IMG/VR virus record: IMGVR_UViG_3300043313_001099
Coordinates: 11,462 to 75,461 of that record
DNA: 64,000 nucleotides
Direction: 5' to 3' (one strand)
DNA from: a virus
Numbering within the stretch: the stretch's first letter is position 1; every line of letters starts with the position of its first letter. Both the position numbers and the translations under genes were made by a program. Below the pieces are notes generated by a model. It worked only from the letters and a program-made list of their open reading frames with translations, made no database searches and was not told the origin of the DNA. Positions 37,579 through 46,793 of the stretch are shown in pieces.

Positions 37579-38033
37579 GGGGTCTCCTCGGGCGTGACGT
37601 TGTGGCCTACCCGGTTGCCGATGGAGTGGGCGCGGGCCAGGTGTCGGGCGGCGTCGGCCATCAGGAACAGGGCGGCCTGCACGGCCTCCGTGTAGGCGGT
37701 GTGTGTGGCAGCCAGGGCGGCCGGCTCATCGGTGCGGCCGGTCCTGGCGTCCGTCACGTACGAGCCGGGCAGTCGGCACAGCTCCCTGAACCTGTCGGCG
37801 GTCTGGGTCAGGGTCTGATCCAGGAGAGCCAGGGCCCCGTGGATGTTGCCGGTCAGGTAGCCGACGCCGGAGGCGTACGGCAGGCCGGCAGGGTTGGCCG
37901 TGGCGTAGTTGAGGTACCGGACCAGCTCGTAGACGAGGGAGGCGGCGCGGGCGGTGTTGTCCTCCGTGTGCGGGCCGTTGAGGGGGAACAGGTACCCGGC
38001 CAGTTCGCGGGTGTCCTCGGGCAGGTCGGTCAT
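37575..38033 (-). CDS. Hypothetical protein (152 aa)
   Basis: ELVRYLNYAT motif; ATGA coupling. Confidence 0.72.
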   Translation of the reverse strand: MTDLPEDTRELAGYLFPLNGPHTEDNTARAASLVYELVRYLNYATANPAGLPYASGVGYLTGNIHGALALLDQTLTQTADRFRELCRLPGSYVTDARTGRTDEPAALAATHTAYTEAVQAALFLMADAARHLARAHSIGNRVGHNVTPEETP

Positions 38034-38221
38034 CGGCGTGCCGGCATCGCGCGGGCGGCGAAGGCAAGCTGCTTCAGCCTGGTGGCGTCCGCGACCAGGC
38101 TCGTGAGCTGGTCAGGGCGGAGGGTATCGATGATGGCCTTGGCCTCCTGCTCGTCTCCCTGCATGAGGGCGAGCAGGGCCTCGGTCTGCGGGTGGGGGGT
38201 TTCCGGGTGCTGGCGGGACAT
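38030..38221 (-). CDS. Hypothetical protein (63 aa)
   Basis: CCCCGACAGGAGG leader. Confidence 0.7.
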   Translation of the reverse strand: MSRQHPETPHPQTEALLALMQGDEQEAKAIIDTLRPDQLTSLVADATRLKQLAFAARAMPARR

Positions 38222-38314
38222 GCCGCGCCTCCTGTCGGGGTCGGGATCGGGATGCCGGTCGGCTCTCCCCCGCGCGCACCCGGGCGGTACCCGGGCACGA
38301 CGGGGGCGGGCCGG

Positions 38315-38890
38315 TCAGCGGCCGTCACTGTCTCGGTCATCGACGGCAGGCCGGCCGCCGATGCAGGACCAGTGCGCGTCGTACGGCCGGCCGCCAATGA
38401 TGTGGAGGTCATCCTTGCTGGTCGGCTCGCCACACACCCGGCACAGCACGGCCGGTTCCTCGGCCGGGGTCTCATCGGGCTCCTCCCAGCGGTGGAGGTT
38501 CAGGGTCCGGACGCCCCGATTGGTCCGCGACGTGTGGGAGAACTCCCAGCCCTCGGCCTCGGCAGCAGTGCGGGCGGCGGCGAGTTGCGCCTCCTCCTCG
38601 TCCTGCGGCACGCGGTCAAGGTAGACGGTGCGGGTGGCCCGACGGAGGCCGACGCGGGACAGGTCGCCCACTCCAGCGCCGTCCGGCACGCGGGTGAACT
38701 GGCCGGCGAGGATCTGAGTCCACTCGACGGCGGACAGCTCCAGGTCGATCAGGGTCTCCCCCGAGGTGCTGTCGCGGACGTGGAGGTTGACGTAGCGGCC
38801 GGCCTCGTCCGCCTTGGGGTAGCCCTCGGCGTTGGTGACCGGGTAGGCGAGCTGGACCAGGGCCTCAACCTTGCGGGCGATGCGGCTCAT
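38315..38890 (-). CDS. Hypothetical protein with C-terminal CxxC...HxxC
   Basis: GAGGAG RBS. Confidence 0.7.
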   Translation of the reverse strand: MSRIARKVEALVQLAYPVTNAEGYPKADEAGRYVNLHVRDSTSGETLIDLELSAVEWTQILAGQFTRVPDGAGVGDLSRVGLRRATRTVYLDRVPQDEEEAQLAAARTAAEAEGWEFSHTSRTNRGVRTLNLHRWEEPDETPAEEPAVLCRVCGEPTSKDDLHIIGGRPYDAHWSCIGGRPAVDDRDSDGR

Positions 38891-38926
38891 GCGGGTAGTG
38901 CTCCTCTCGGGGGTCAGGTTGCCGGT

Positions 38927-39097
38927 CTATCGGATCGGCCGGGCACTGTGTGGCCGGCCGAGGTCACTGGCGTCGATGTGACGCCAGTACGGGTCCTTGC
39001 AGTCGACCCACTCGATCGGGCCGTTGCAGGTGTGGCAGACCATCCATGCGGCCTGCTGCCAGGTCTTCTCGCGGTCGCCAGGGGAAGTGGTCGACAT
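38927..39097 (-). CDS. Small Zn-binding protein
   Basis: AAAGGAG RBS; CHTC...WRH...H. Confidence 0.6.
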   Translation of the reverse strand: MSTTSPGDREKTWQQAAWMVCHTCNGPIEWVDCKDPYWRHIDASDLGRPHSARPIR

Positions 39098-39117
39098 GCG
39101 GTGGTGCTCCTTTCGGG

Positions 39118-39498
39118 TCAGACTGCGGGAGTGAACTGGAGGTGGCTGAGTGCGCCCGGCGCGTACTCCATGGTTCCGACGCGGGACCAGGTGCCGCCCG
39201 GGTAGACCTCGATGACGGGGGAGCCGGCGCGGGCCAGCATCGGCATGACGTAGATGCTGGCCGTGGTGAGCAGGCCGGCGCGGAGGAGGGCGTCCAGGTC
39301 GTTGCCCATCGCCAGACGAAAGTCCTGGCTGGACATCGACAGCGGGATGCCGAGTCCTTCGCCCACCAGCCGGTGCGCTGCGGTCTTGTTGGCGGCGGCC
39401 ACGAGGACTCGCGCCTGACTGGTGTGCCGGGGCAGGCCAAGCGCCTCGGCCATCTGCGGCCCAATGAATCCGCTGTTGCCGAGTGTGAACACCTTCAT
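39118..39498 (-). CDS. Hypothetical protein (126 aa)
   Basis: AGAGGA RBS. Confidence 0.68.
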   Translation of the reverse strand: MKVFTLGNSGFIGPQMAEALGLPRHTSQARVLVAAANKTAAHRLVGEGLGIPLSMSSQDFRLAMGNDLDALLRAGLLTTASIYVMPMLARAGSPVIEVYPGGTWSRVGTMEYAPGALSHLQFTPAV

Positions 39499-39588
39499 GA
39501 TCTGTCCTCTCTTGGCCAGGGTTGGCCTGTCTGGCTTCCTCCGGCACGCCCGGCCTCTGTGGTACAGGGCCGGGCGTCCCGGGGTGAG

Positions 39589-39777
39589 TCAGTGGTCGAT
39601 CCGCTCGTACAGCTCCCAGCCGAGTCCCTGGCCGTTGTCGACCCAGATGATGGTGCAGACGGCTTTACCGAGGTTGCCGATTTCGCCGCACCGTTCGTAC
39701 GCCTCACGCTCGGACGGGACGGGGACCATATCTCCGCCGTCCGTCCGGATGGCCCACTTCCTGCTGGGCTTGCCCAT
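39589..39777 (-). CDS. Hypothetical protein (62 aa)
   Basis: GGAAGGA RBS. Confidence 0.65.
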   Translation of the reverse strand: MGKPSRKWAIRTDGGDMVPVPSEREAYERCGEIGNLGKAVCTIIWVDNGQGLGWELYERIDH

Positions 39778-39866
39778 GGTCTGTCCTTCCTGGTCGGGTT
39801 GGTGTTCCTTGGTTCAGGCCGGGTGAGGGCCGCGCGGTCGGGACGCTGCGACCCCCACCCGGGGCC

Positions 39867-40211
39867 TCAGTGGCAGAAGCCGTTGACCAGTTCCGGGCGG
39901 CAGTCCGCGTTGTGGCCAAGCTCGAAGCTCCGGCGGTGCTCGCGGACGCTCTCCGCTACGTGGTGGGTGTAGTCGGAGCGGCCCGGCTGGGCGTCGGCCT
40001 CCAGAACGGCGTCGCTGCTCTCGTCGTAGGGGAAGCGGACCGGGTTGCCGGCGGAGTTCTTGGCGGCGGCCTGGATCGCCAGGTCGCGGGCGCGGATGCC
40101 GGTGCGGGCGATGTGGGTGCCCCTGATAGGGCTGGCCTCGTGGGCGCGCTCGGCTTGGTCCCGAGCGGCCAGCCTGAGGAAGGTGGCTCCGGCGGGGTCC
40201 GTGTGCTTCAT
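39867..40211 (-). CDS. Hypothetical protein (114 aa)
   Basis: First gene after promoter P2; AGGAGG RBS. Confidence 0.72.
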   Translation of the reverse strand: MKHTDPAGATFLRLAARDQAERAHEASPIRGTHIARTGIRARDLAIQAAAKNSAGNPVRFPYDESSDAVLEADAQPGRSDYTHHVAESVREHRRSFELGHNADCRPELVNGFCH

Positions 40212-40238
40212 GCTGGCCTCCTGAGGGGATCTCGTCTG

Positions 40239-40281
40239 CCTTACGTCTACTAGGTTACTCCTCGGCTAGACGTAGTGTCAA
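40239..40281 (-). promoter_or_regulatory. Repeated phage promoter P2 (TTGACA-N18-TAACCT-N7-GTAAGG)
   Basis: Consensus match. Confidence 0.85.
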
Positions 40282-40320
40282 CTGTCCTGCGGGAGTAACC
40301 TTCCCACCCATCTCCACGAG

Positions 40321-40359
40321 CCGGGGGCCTGGCGCGCCATCCGGCCACCAGGCCCCCGG
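40321..40359. terminator. Hairpin terminator preceding P2
   Basis: CCGGGGGCCTGG...CCAGGCCCCCGG. Confidence 0.7.
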
Positions 40360-40367
40360 CAGCCCGC

Positions 40368-40784
40368 TCAGTCCTCCGTGGGCTGCATGACGGTAATGAC
40401 CCGCTCCCCGTCATCTCCCGGGTGAACCACGACCTTGAGGAGGACTGCGCGGGGGTGGGCATCCAGGCCAGCCCGGGACACGCGGCGCAGCCTGAACAGG
40501 GTGCGACCGCCCTTCCGGCCCTGAGTGCGGATGGCGTCCCGCAGCATTCCGAGCACGTTCCAGAGGCGGCCCGTCTCGTCCTGCGAGATGCCCTTGCGGT
40601 TGCTGTCGGCCTCGGTCCAGGCCACGCAGTTCTCCCAGGCGGCGCGGGTCAGCGCAACCGGGGTGTCGATGATGCCGGCGTTGCTGAGCAGTTCCGGATC
40701 AACGGCGATGAGGCTGCCGTCCGCGAGCATGTCGGCGCGGCTGTAGGCGTCGATGGTGTCCGCGTTGGTGAAGAAGTGGGTCAC
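40368..40784 (-). CDS. DUF6573-like protein
   Basis: YSRADMLADGSLI, PVALTRAAWENCV, QDETGRLW, PGDDGERVITVM motifs. Confidence 0.75.
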   Translation of the reverse strand: MTHFFTNADTIDAYSRADMLADGSLIAVDPELLSNAGIIDTPVALTRAAWENCVAWTEADSNRKGISQDETGRLWNVLGMLRDAIRTQGRKGGRTLFRLRRVSRAGLDAHPRAVLLKVVVHPGDDGERVITVMQPTED

Positions 40785-40915
40785 AGGTCCTCCGGTGCGA
40801 TCGGAAGTGGTCCAGCTCCGGGCTGGCTCCGCGTAGCACTCGGGGGCGGGTGCTCCGTGGGGTCGGTCCGGGGGCCGGCGCGCCCATCCCCGGGGAGGGG
40901 CGCGCCGTGGCGGCG

Positions 40916-41251
40916 TCAGATGTAGAGGCCGGACACCATGTCCAGGGCGTGAGCCTGCCCGGCCAGGGCGTGCAGGACCTTGCGGACCTGCTCGGCCATG
41001 GCGTCCTCGTAACGGGTCGGGGCCAGGGTGTACATCAGGGTGGGAGTGATGGTGTTGCGCAGGTACCACCAGAGCTTCCAGCCGGAGTCGTCACCGCTGA
41101 CCTCGACGGCGTGGATGCCGGGGTACTCGATGCCGATGGAGTACAGGGTGCTGCTGAGCGGCTCGGTCCAGGTGCCCTTGACGTGGACTCCGGCCTTTTC
41201 GAGGGCGGCGGCGAGGAGGGTGTGGGCGGTGGCGTCGGGCTTGAGGTTCAT
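40916..41251 (-). CDS. Hypothetical protein (111 aa)
   Basis: First gene after P3 with CCCCGACAGGAG leader. Confidence 0.75.
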   Translation of the reverse strand: MNLKPDATAHTLLAAALEKAGVHVKGTWTEPLSSTLYSIGIEYPGIHAVEVSGDDSGWKLWWYLRNTITPTLMYTLAPTRYEDAMAEQVRKVLHALAGQAHALDMVSGLYI

Positions 41252-41280
41252 GCCGGGGTCTCCTGTCGGGGGAGGATGTC

Positions 41281-41322
41281 GCTTACAGACACGAGGTTAC
41301 GCGCCCTGATACCTCGTGTCAA
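41281..41322 (-). promoter_or_regulatory. Repeated phage promoter P3 (TTGACA-N17-TAACCT-N7-GTAAGC), palindromic GACACGAGGT...ACCTCGTGTC
   Basis: Consensus match. Confidence 0.88.
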
Positions 41323-41345
41323 GTTCCGCCGGCGGACCTGAACGC

Positions 41346-41381
41346 AGCAGCGCCCCCGCCGTGATCGACGGGGGCGCTGCT
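41346..41381. terminator. Hairpin terminator preceding P3
   Basis: AGCAGCGCCCCCG...CGGGGGCGCTGCT. Confidence 0.78.
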
Positions 41382-41428
41382 TGGCGGTACCGAACTCGGG
41401 ATTGGCAGTCCTGACAGGAGGCTACCAG

Positions 41429-41944
41429 TCACCGACCCGCTCGCGCACGGTCGGCGTCATCCTCGAACCGCTCCCCGGGCTGGGGGATCACGACGAACTG
41501 TGCATCGGCCCAGCGGCACACGTCCTCGTCGGCCGGCCCGTACTGCACGTACCACGCCTCATCCGTCCAGTCGGCGTCCGGGTACGGCCGCTCCTTGCGG
41601 TGCGCCAGGAGCACGCCGACACCCCGGTACCAGTCAGGCTTGACGCCGGAGCCGTGCACCGACCTCCAGATCGAGGTGTACTCCACTACCAGGTCTCCGA
41701 CCTGCGGGGCGTAGATCCGGGCGTACATGCGCTGCACCACGGGGGCAGGGTTACCGACCAGGACGGCGCGGGTCAGGTGGAATGTGGAGCTGGCCAGCCA
41801 GCGGCGCACCTCCACGGCCTCGTCCTCAAGGGACAGCAGGGTCAGCATGTCAGCGGAGATCACCGGGCGGGGGAGGTCCGGCCCGGCCGTCGGTCTCTCC
41901 GGTGAGCGGGTGATGCCCTCCCACGGCTGCGGGTACTCAGTCAC
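41429..41944 (-). CDS. Hypothetical protein
   Basis: GTG start overlapping the upstream stop. Confidence 0.65.
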   Translation of the reverse strand: MTEYPQPWEGITRSPERPTAGPDLPRPVISADMLTLLSLEDEAVEVRRWLASSTFHLTRAVLVGNPAPVVQRMYARIYAPQVGDLVVEYTSIWRSVHGSGVKPDWYRGVGVLLAHRKERPYPDADWTDEAWYVQYGPADEDVCRWADAQFVVIPQPGERFEDDADRARAGR

Positions 41945-42255
41945 CACACCTTGCCTCCGAGCAGGTTGAGCAGGCCGAACAGGCCGGCGATGAGCAGGCC
42001 AGCACCGGCCGCGCCGGCCGCCATGTTGATCGCCCCGTCCACGCCGCACGCCACCAGGACCCAGCCCAGCGCCGAGAAGAACAGGGCCGGCGCGACGAAC
42101 GCCAGCATGAGGCGGGTCGGTACCACGTACTGCCGGCGGGGTGCGCCGAGGCCGCAGCGCTGGCGGGGCTGCCAGAACCAGCGGCGGCGGTCGGTCAGGA
42201 GGTCGTAGGGACGCAGGGCGTACCCCAGGCGTGTCCACCACCACGGCCTACGCAC
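41941..42255 (-). CDS. Small 2-TM membrane protein
   Basis: Two C-terminal hydrophobic helices. Confidence 0.6.
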   Translation of the reverse strand: MRRPWWWTRLGYALRPYDLLTDRRRWFWQPRQRCGLGAPRRQYVVPTRLMLAFVAPALFFSALGWVLVACGVDGAINMAAGAAGAGLLIAGLFGLLNLLGGKVW

Positions 42256-42652
42256 TGCGGGCCGCCGCGCTGCGCCGGTCGAGTGCTTCCACCATCTGCA
42301 CAGCAACGGCCGCCAGTTGGATCAGCTCGTCGCGCAGCCTGGTCGGGTCCTCCTCCGCGATGGCCTCCGCGTACTCCTCGGTCAGGATGTGCTCAAACGC
42401 CGTCGTGCCGTCACCGCCCTCGTGCTGCGAGGCCGCCTTGCAGCGGGCCTTCGCCCAGGTGGCCACGTCGCCGGCCACGAGGTCGTAGTCCACGGTCATC
42501 GGCACGCCGCACAGCCGCACCTCCGGTCCGGTACCCATCGGCAGGTGACTCTGGTCGCCGTGCTTCCGGAACTGACGGACACGCTCCAGGGCAATCTCGT
42601 CCAGGACGCGGCCAGTCGCCTCGATGGCTTCCAGGTCTCTGTCCCTACTCAT
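42248..42652 (-). CDS. MazG-like all-alpha NTP pyrophosphohydrolase-domain protein
   Basis: ILTEEYAEAI...LRDELIQLAAVAV acidic helical motif. Confidence 0.65.
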   Translation of the reverse strand: MSRDRDLEAIEATGRVLDEIALERVRQFRKHGDQSHLPMGTGPEVRLCGVPMTVDYDLVAGDVATWAKARCKAASQHEGGDGTTAFEHILTEEYAEAIAEEDPTRLRDELIQLAAVAVQMVEALDRRSAAARSA

Positions 42653-42654
42653 CG

Positions 42655-42828
42655 TTACTCCCCTTCCGGTGCGGCATACCCGCAAAGCAGCTTGCCGAGC
42701 GTGGTGGCGTGAGTCCATACGCCTGCGGTCAGGCTGACGACAGTGCGATCCTGTACCGCAACGATCACCCGGCCGCACCGGCATACGCGCCTCGTACCCT
42801 CCGGCACGCCTTGAATGGGACTACTCAT
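42655..42828 (-). CDS. Small Cys/His protein (57 aa; below ORF-track cutoff)
   Basis: MSSPIQG...CRCG...WTH...C; fills the operon gap. Confidence 0.55.
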   Translation of the reverse strand: MSSPIQGVPEGTRRVCRCGRVIVAVQDRTVVSLTAGVWTHATTLGKLLCGYAAPEGE

Positions 42829-43045
42829 CGGTGATCACGTCCTCCGGGCAGTGCTGGCAGTTCGGGTAGCCCAGCGGGTTGTCCTTGGTCCAATACTCCG
42901 GGTACGCCTCGACACGCGGCAGGGTGCCGCTGACGCCCTTCACCGGGTGCTTGCGGCGACACATCGAGCGCAGCCCTATGCCGCTCGGCTCCACCCGGTG
43001 CATGACCCGGCCGTTCTTGACACGCATCCGCGCGGGGCTGCTCAC
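42821..43045 (-). CDS. Small Zn-binding protein (74 aa)
   Basis: H...C...CQHC. Confidence 0.62.
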   Translation of the reverse strand: MSSPARMRVKNGRVMHRVEPSGIGLRSMCRRKHPVKGVSGTLPRVEAYPEYWTKDNPLGYPNCQHCPEDVITDE

Positions 43046-43419
43046 CCCTGCTCACCCACTTTGGCTACAGAGGTGACGGTGATCTCGATGGCCACCCAAT
43101 TCCGCTGGCTCACGTTCAGCTCCCCGGCCTCGAACTTGGCGAGCATCTCGGTGCACTCGGTCTCGCTGTACGAGCCGTCGCCGTAGCCCTGGCCGATCAG
43201 GTCGCAGGGTCCACGGACCCCGTTGCGCCAGTCCAGCACGGCGTAGCAGCGGGTGCCGGCCGGCTGGAAATCTGCCTGACGGGTCAGCGCGACGAAGTTC
43301 TCCGACACCGCGCGCACGGTCCACCAGCGCCAGTCACCGGCGAGCTTCACTCGCTCTCCGACGATCAGCGGCCGTGGCGGCACGGCTCCCGAACCGTCCC
43401 GGCGGTAGCGGCTACTCAT
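43042..43419 (-). CDS. Hypothetical protein
   Basis: DWRNGVRGPCDLIG and VSQRNWV motifs; coupled. Confidence 0.7.
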   Translation of the reverse strand: MSSRYRRDGSGAVPPRPLIVGERVKLAGDWRWWTVRAVSENFVALTRQADFQPAGTRCYAVLDWRNGVRGPCDLIGQGYGDGSYSETECTEMLAKFEAGELNVSQRNWVAIEITVTSVAKVGEQG

Positions 43420-44077
43420 CGGCATCCCCGTTCATCGCGGCGCGGGTCCACGGCTTCCAGGTGGTACTGGCGCTGTAGACGGTCATCGTCTCAAGGGTGT
43501 AGTCGGTGCGGTCCTTGACGGAGGCGGCCACCTCGTCCGGGTTGCTGGACTCGCACCAGACGCGGCCGTCCGGGTCGAGCGCCCGGTACCAGGAGTGGCC
43601 TCGGGTGTCGGCCTCGTGGAGGGTGACGGTGGAGCGGTCCACGGTGGAGAGGCTGCCCGGGGCGTCTACCGTCGCTCCGACGAGGGGGGCCAGTGCCTCG
43701 GTGACGGTTCGCCAGGTCGACGTGTCCAGGCCGGCCAGGAGCTCCGGCAGGGGCGGTACGGCCAGGGCGGGGCGGGCCAGCCAGCAGGCGAGCTGGATGG
43801 CGGCGCGGGTCGGGCCGTCCAGGGTGCCGGCGAGGTGGCGGAGCCGGGACCAGTCGACGCGGCCGGCGTGGAGGTCGACGGTGCCGGGGGTGTCCTCGAT
43901 GAGGTCCAGGTCCAGTACGTCAACCACGTCGGCGCGGGACAGGAGGTCTCCCGGGGCTTCCAGGAGGATCTCCAGGGCGGCACGTTCGGGGGTGCGGGGG
44001 ACGGTGGTGGCCCACAGGGTCTCGGCCAGGTAGTCAGGGTTCCAGGCCGGGGCGTCGGGGGATGTCGTGGTGGTCAT
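43412..44077 (-). CDS. Hypothetical protein
   Basis: ATGA coupling; start MTTTTSPD. Confidence 0.68.
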   Translation of the reverse strand: MTTTTSPDAPAWNPDYLAETLWATTVPRTPERAALEILLEAPGDLLSRADVVDVLDLDLIEDTPGTVDLHAGRVDWSRLRHLAGTLDGPTRAAIQLACWLARPALAVPPLPELLAGLDTSTWRTVTEALAPLVGATVDAPGSLSTVDRSTVTLHEADTRGHSWYRALDPDGRVWCESSNPDEVAASVKDRTDYTLETMTVYSASTTWKPWTRAAMNGDADE

Positions 44078-44430
44078 GGCTGCCGTTCCTGAGGAGAGGG
44101 TGATCCGGGGTTGCCGTCGTCGGCTCCCCGGTTGCCGGCCAGTGCGATGCAGCCGGCTTCGGTGAGACGCCAGTAGCGGCGCGGTTCGCTGGTGCGGGTG
44201 CGGAAGTCCACGGCGTGCTGCACGGTGGTGCTGAGCCGGACGAGGCCGGCGGACTCCAGGCCGATGATGGCCACGGTGTAGATGAGGCCGGTCTGGATGT
44301 CGCGGGCGTTGGGTAGGGGCAGGTGGGTGTTGGCTGCGATGCGGCCGGCGTCGACCAGGCGGAGGAGCCGGTTGGCGTCGGGGACCAGTTCCACGCTGAT
44401 GCGGGTGCCGGGTGGTGGTTCGGGGGTCAT
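44074..44430 (-). CDS. Hypothetical protein, possible winged helix
   Basis: LESAGLV...WRLTEAG. Confidence 0.65.
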   Translation of the reverse strand: MTPEPPPGTRISVELVPDANRLLRLVDAGRIAANTHLPLPNARDIQTGLIYTVAIIGLESAGLVRLSTTVQHAVDFRTRTSEPRRYWRLTEAGCIALAGNRGADDGNPGSPSPQERQP

Positions 44431-44505
44431 GTCGGGTTACCCCTTCGTTGCTTGTGTGCGATACGTCCATCAGGATATCCCTTGCCGGGATGGTAGACAA
44501 TAGGT

Positions 44506-44763
44506 CTACTCGCGTACCGGAGACCTATGCGTGCAGGTCTTGAGCATCAGCGGGTACCAGATCCGGCTGTACGTGTCGTGGTCCACGAGGCGAACCTCGA
44601 TGCCGGCGCGGAATGCCTCCAGGCGCTCGGCACGAGTCCCGTACATCTGGTTCCAGGCTGCCGCCTCGTCACGGCAGGAGCGGGTGCGCTCCCTGACGGC
44701 GGTAGGGCAGCCACACTTCTTGACGAACACGAACTGCTTGCGCTGGGCCTGGGTGCGATCCAT
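44506..44763 (-). CDS. Hypothetical protein (85 aa)
   Basis: GAGAGG RBS; CGC...CTH. Confidence 0.65.
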   Translation of the reverse strand: MDRTQAQRKQFVFVKKCGCPTAVRERTRSCRDEAAAWNQMYGTRAERLEAFRAGIEVRLVDHDTYSRIWYPLMLKTCTHRSPVRE

Positions 44764-44788
44764 GCCGGTTACCTCTCACTCCTGACGC

Positions 44789-44836
44789 ATGGCAATTTGC
44801 CATCGTCTTGCCATTGTCTTGCCATCTGGTTGCTAC
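44789..44836. repeat. TTGCCAT array 3
   Basis: Palindrome at 44789; heptamers at 44797, 44808, 44819, 44830 (exact 11-bp period); intergenic. Confidence 0.88.
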
Positions 44837-45009
44837 GGCGGGGACTCCTCCGGCGGCGCGGTGCGGGCCAGCTTGGCGGCGTGGCGTGCGGCCAGCCCGT
44901 ACCGGCGGCGTCGGCGGAACTCCTCGTGCACGGCTCGCCGTGCGGCCCGGCGGGACAGCGCGCGTCGGGCGTGGTCTTCAGGGGTCGGGACCTCGGGGTA
45001 TTGATCCAT
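44833..45009 (-). CDS. Small Arg-rich protein (MDQYPEVPTPEDHARRAL...)
   Basis: GGAGGT RBS; below ORF-track cutoff. Confidence 0.5.
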   Translation of the reverse strand: MDQYPEVPTPEDHARRALSRRAARRAVHEEFRRRRRYGLAARHAAKLARTAPPEESPP

Positions 45010-45042
45010 ACCTCCAGTGTGAGGTAAGGACCGCTTACCTCA

Positions 45043-45387
45043 CTAGTCGTTACAGTTCTGGTAGTAGGTGCAGGCCGGCCACCATGCACGCACGTCAGTA
45101 CCACCACCACGAGAGCGCGGAGCGCCCTCTCGATGACACTTCGGGTACTGGGCAACTTCGCGGAATCGGCAGGTGCCGCAGCGAAACGGCAGGTCCGACC
45201 GGTCCGACCGGGTAGCGTTCCGGTCCGCCTCGGGATGCAGGGCCAGCCAGCCGCCGACCAGGCTGAGGGGGTGCGCCCCGCCAGCAATGGCCTCGGCCTG
45301 CCGCTGGGTGCGCCGCGCCGTGGCGGAGAGCTCCGGGAGCGGCTTGGCCCGGAGGTCGAACAGGGCCGGCTGGTCTTCGCCGCTCAC
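45043..45387 (-). CDS. Cys-rich hypothetical protein
   Basis: CGTC, KC and DVRAWWPAC motifs. Confidence 0.72.
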   Translation of the reverse strand: MSGEDQPALFDLRAKPLPELSATARRTQRQAEAIAGGAHPLSLVGGWLALHPEADRNATRSDRSDLPFRCGTCRFREVAQYPKCHREGAPRSRGGGTDVRAWWPACTYYQNCND

Positions 45388-45788
45388 CGGAGCTCCGCCC
45401 CGTGCCTGCCGGGGACGGCTCCGGCGTCGAGCTGCCGGCGGACCTCATCCTCAATCTCGGCCGGGTGGCTGCCGGCGCGGGCCGACGTGCCGATGCCGGC
45501 AATGCAGCACTCCACCAGGTGCTCGACGGTGGCCTGGCGGGGGGCGGCGGTGATGACGGCAGCCACGTAGCGGGGGACGTAGACCTGCGCCCAGACGGCG
45601 CGCTCCTGGGCCACGTAGGCGGTGATCGACTGGTGCACGTCGCGGATCAGGAAGGGCTCGCGCCGGGCGCGGAGCTGCTCGCAGACCAGGGCCACGAGGA
45701 CCGAGGCGCGGCGGGTGCCGGTGGAGTTGGCGACCTGGCCGATGATGCCGTCCAGGCTGGCGGGTGGGCGGATGGTGGTGACGGTCAT
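45384..45788 (-). CDS. Hypothetical protein
   Basis: CCCCGACAGGAG leader. Confidence 0.7.
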   Translation of the reverse strand: MTVTTIRPPASLDGIIGQVANSTGTRRASVLVALVCEQLRARREPFLIRDVHQSITAYVAQERAVWAQVYVPRYVAAVITAAPRQATVEHLVECCIAGIGTSARAGSHPAEIEDEVRRQLDAGAVPGRHGAELR

Positions 45789-45868
45789 GCTGAACTCCTG
45801 TCGGGGAGGAGGGGCGGTCGGTACCCCGGCGGGCGGTGCGTCACCCGGCCAGGGGGATCTGAGGGCGT

Positions 45869-46234
45869 TCAGGGGGCCAGCGGGCAGGCCGGCTTCAACT
45901 CCTTCACGCCGAGGAGTGCGCGGACTTCGCGGAGCGCGGCGGCGGCGGCCGGCACGAGGTGGACCAGGGGGACCGGAACGTCCCAGCCGTAGTGCACCCG
46001 CACTCGCCAGCACAGGTCCGTGACCGTGGCACCCGGGGCACCGAAGGCCATGAGGGTGACGATCGCAGCCAGGTCATCCGGCGCGGCAGGGGCCGGTTCC
46101 TGGTTGGCCTGGCGGAGGTGCGCGGCGCGGCTGGCGAGCTCGGCGGCCAGGTCCATTCGGGAGGGATCGCGGTGGGGTGCGATCAGCTCCTGCGCGGCGC
46201 GCTCCAGGAGGTCGGGCAGGGTGAGGTGCTGCAT
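45869..46234 (-). CDS. Hypothetical protein
   Basis: CCCCGACGAAAGG leader variant. Confidence 0.65.
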   Translation of the reverse strand: MQHLTLPDLLERAAQELIAPHRDPSRMDLAAELASRAAHLRQANQEPAPAAPDDLAAIVTLMAFGAPGATVTDLCWRVRVHYGWDVPVPLVHLVPAAAAALREVRALLGVKELKPACPLAP

Positions 46235-46359
46235 GGTGGTGCCTTTCGTCGGGGGATCTGGTGGTGCTGCGCGGGGCGGGTGCGTCGCTGGTCCGCGCGG
46301 GGAGCGTAACTCCGGACAGGTCGGTCGGGCGTCCTCCGCTCGGCCGGCTCCGGGGCTGG

Positions 46360-46674
46360 TCAGCACTCCCCGGCGTGGGTGGAGAAGCAGACCGGGCAGG
46401 CGGCAGAGCGGACCTTGGCAACCTCGGCGGCGTTGATCCGGGCCTGCTGCCGGACCTGCTTGGCGGCCTGCGCGGCGGCCAGGCGGGCGTTGTAGGCCAG
46501 GACCTGTGCGGTGTAGGCGGCGCGGTCGGCGGCCTCCTCGGGGGTGTCGCGGCGGGTGGTGACTCCCGCGATCGGCGGGAGGCCGAGGCCGACGTAGGGG
46601 GCGTGGTCCTTGCGGATCTGCCGGTCGCGGCCGGCCAGGAGGCTGGACTTGCGGGGGGTGGCGGGGATCTGCAT
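46360..46674 (-). CDS. Hypothetical protein with C-terminal CxxC-H-C Zn site
   Basis: First gene after P4; CPVCFSTHAGEC. Confidence 0.72.
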   Translation of the reverse strand: MQIPATPRKSSLLAGRDRQIRKDHAPYVGLGLPPIAGVTTRRDTPEEAADRAAYTAQVLAYNARLAAAQAAKQVRQQARINAAEVAKVRSAACPVCFSTHAGEC

Positions 46675-46704
46675 GGTGGGCTCCTGTCCGGGGGAAGCGG
46701 TGTG

Positions 46705-46747
46705 CCTTACTGACACGAGGTTACCGCACGGCTAGCCCTGGTGTCAA
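46705..46747 (-). promoter_or_regulatory. Repeated phage promoter P4 (TTGACA-N18-TAACCT-N7-GTAAGG)
   Basis: Consensus match; TAACCTCGTGTCA operator half. Confidence 0.88.
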
Positions 46748-46793
46748 CCACTGAGGGGGCGGAGTCTCCCCCGCCCCCTTTGGCTTGGCCCGC

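Noticed and set aside
41281-41322. Palindromic promoters as Frpo-type single-strand promoters
   Set aside because: Hairpin formation would place -35 and -10 on opposite arms, and no conjugation genes are present
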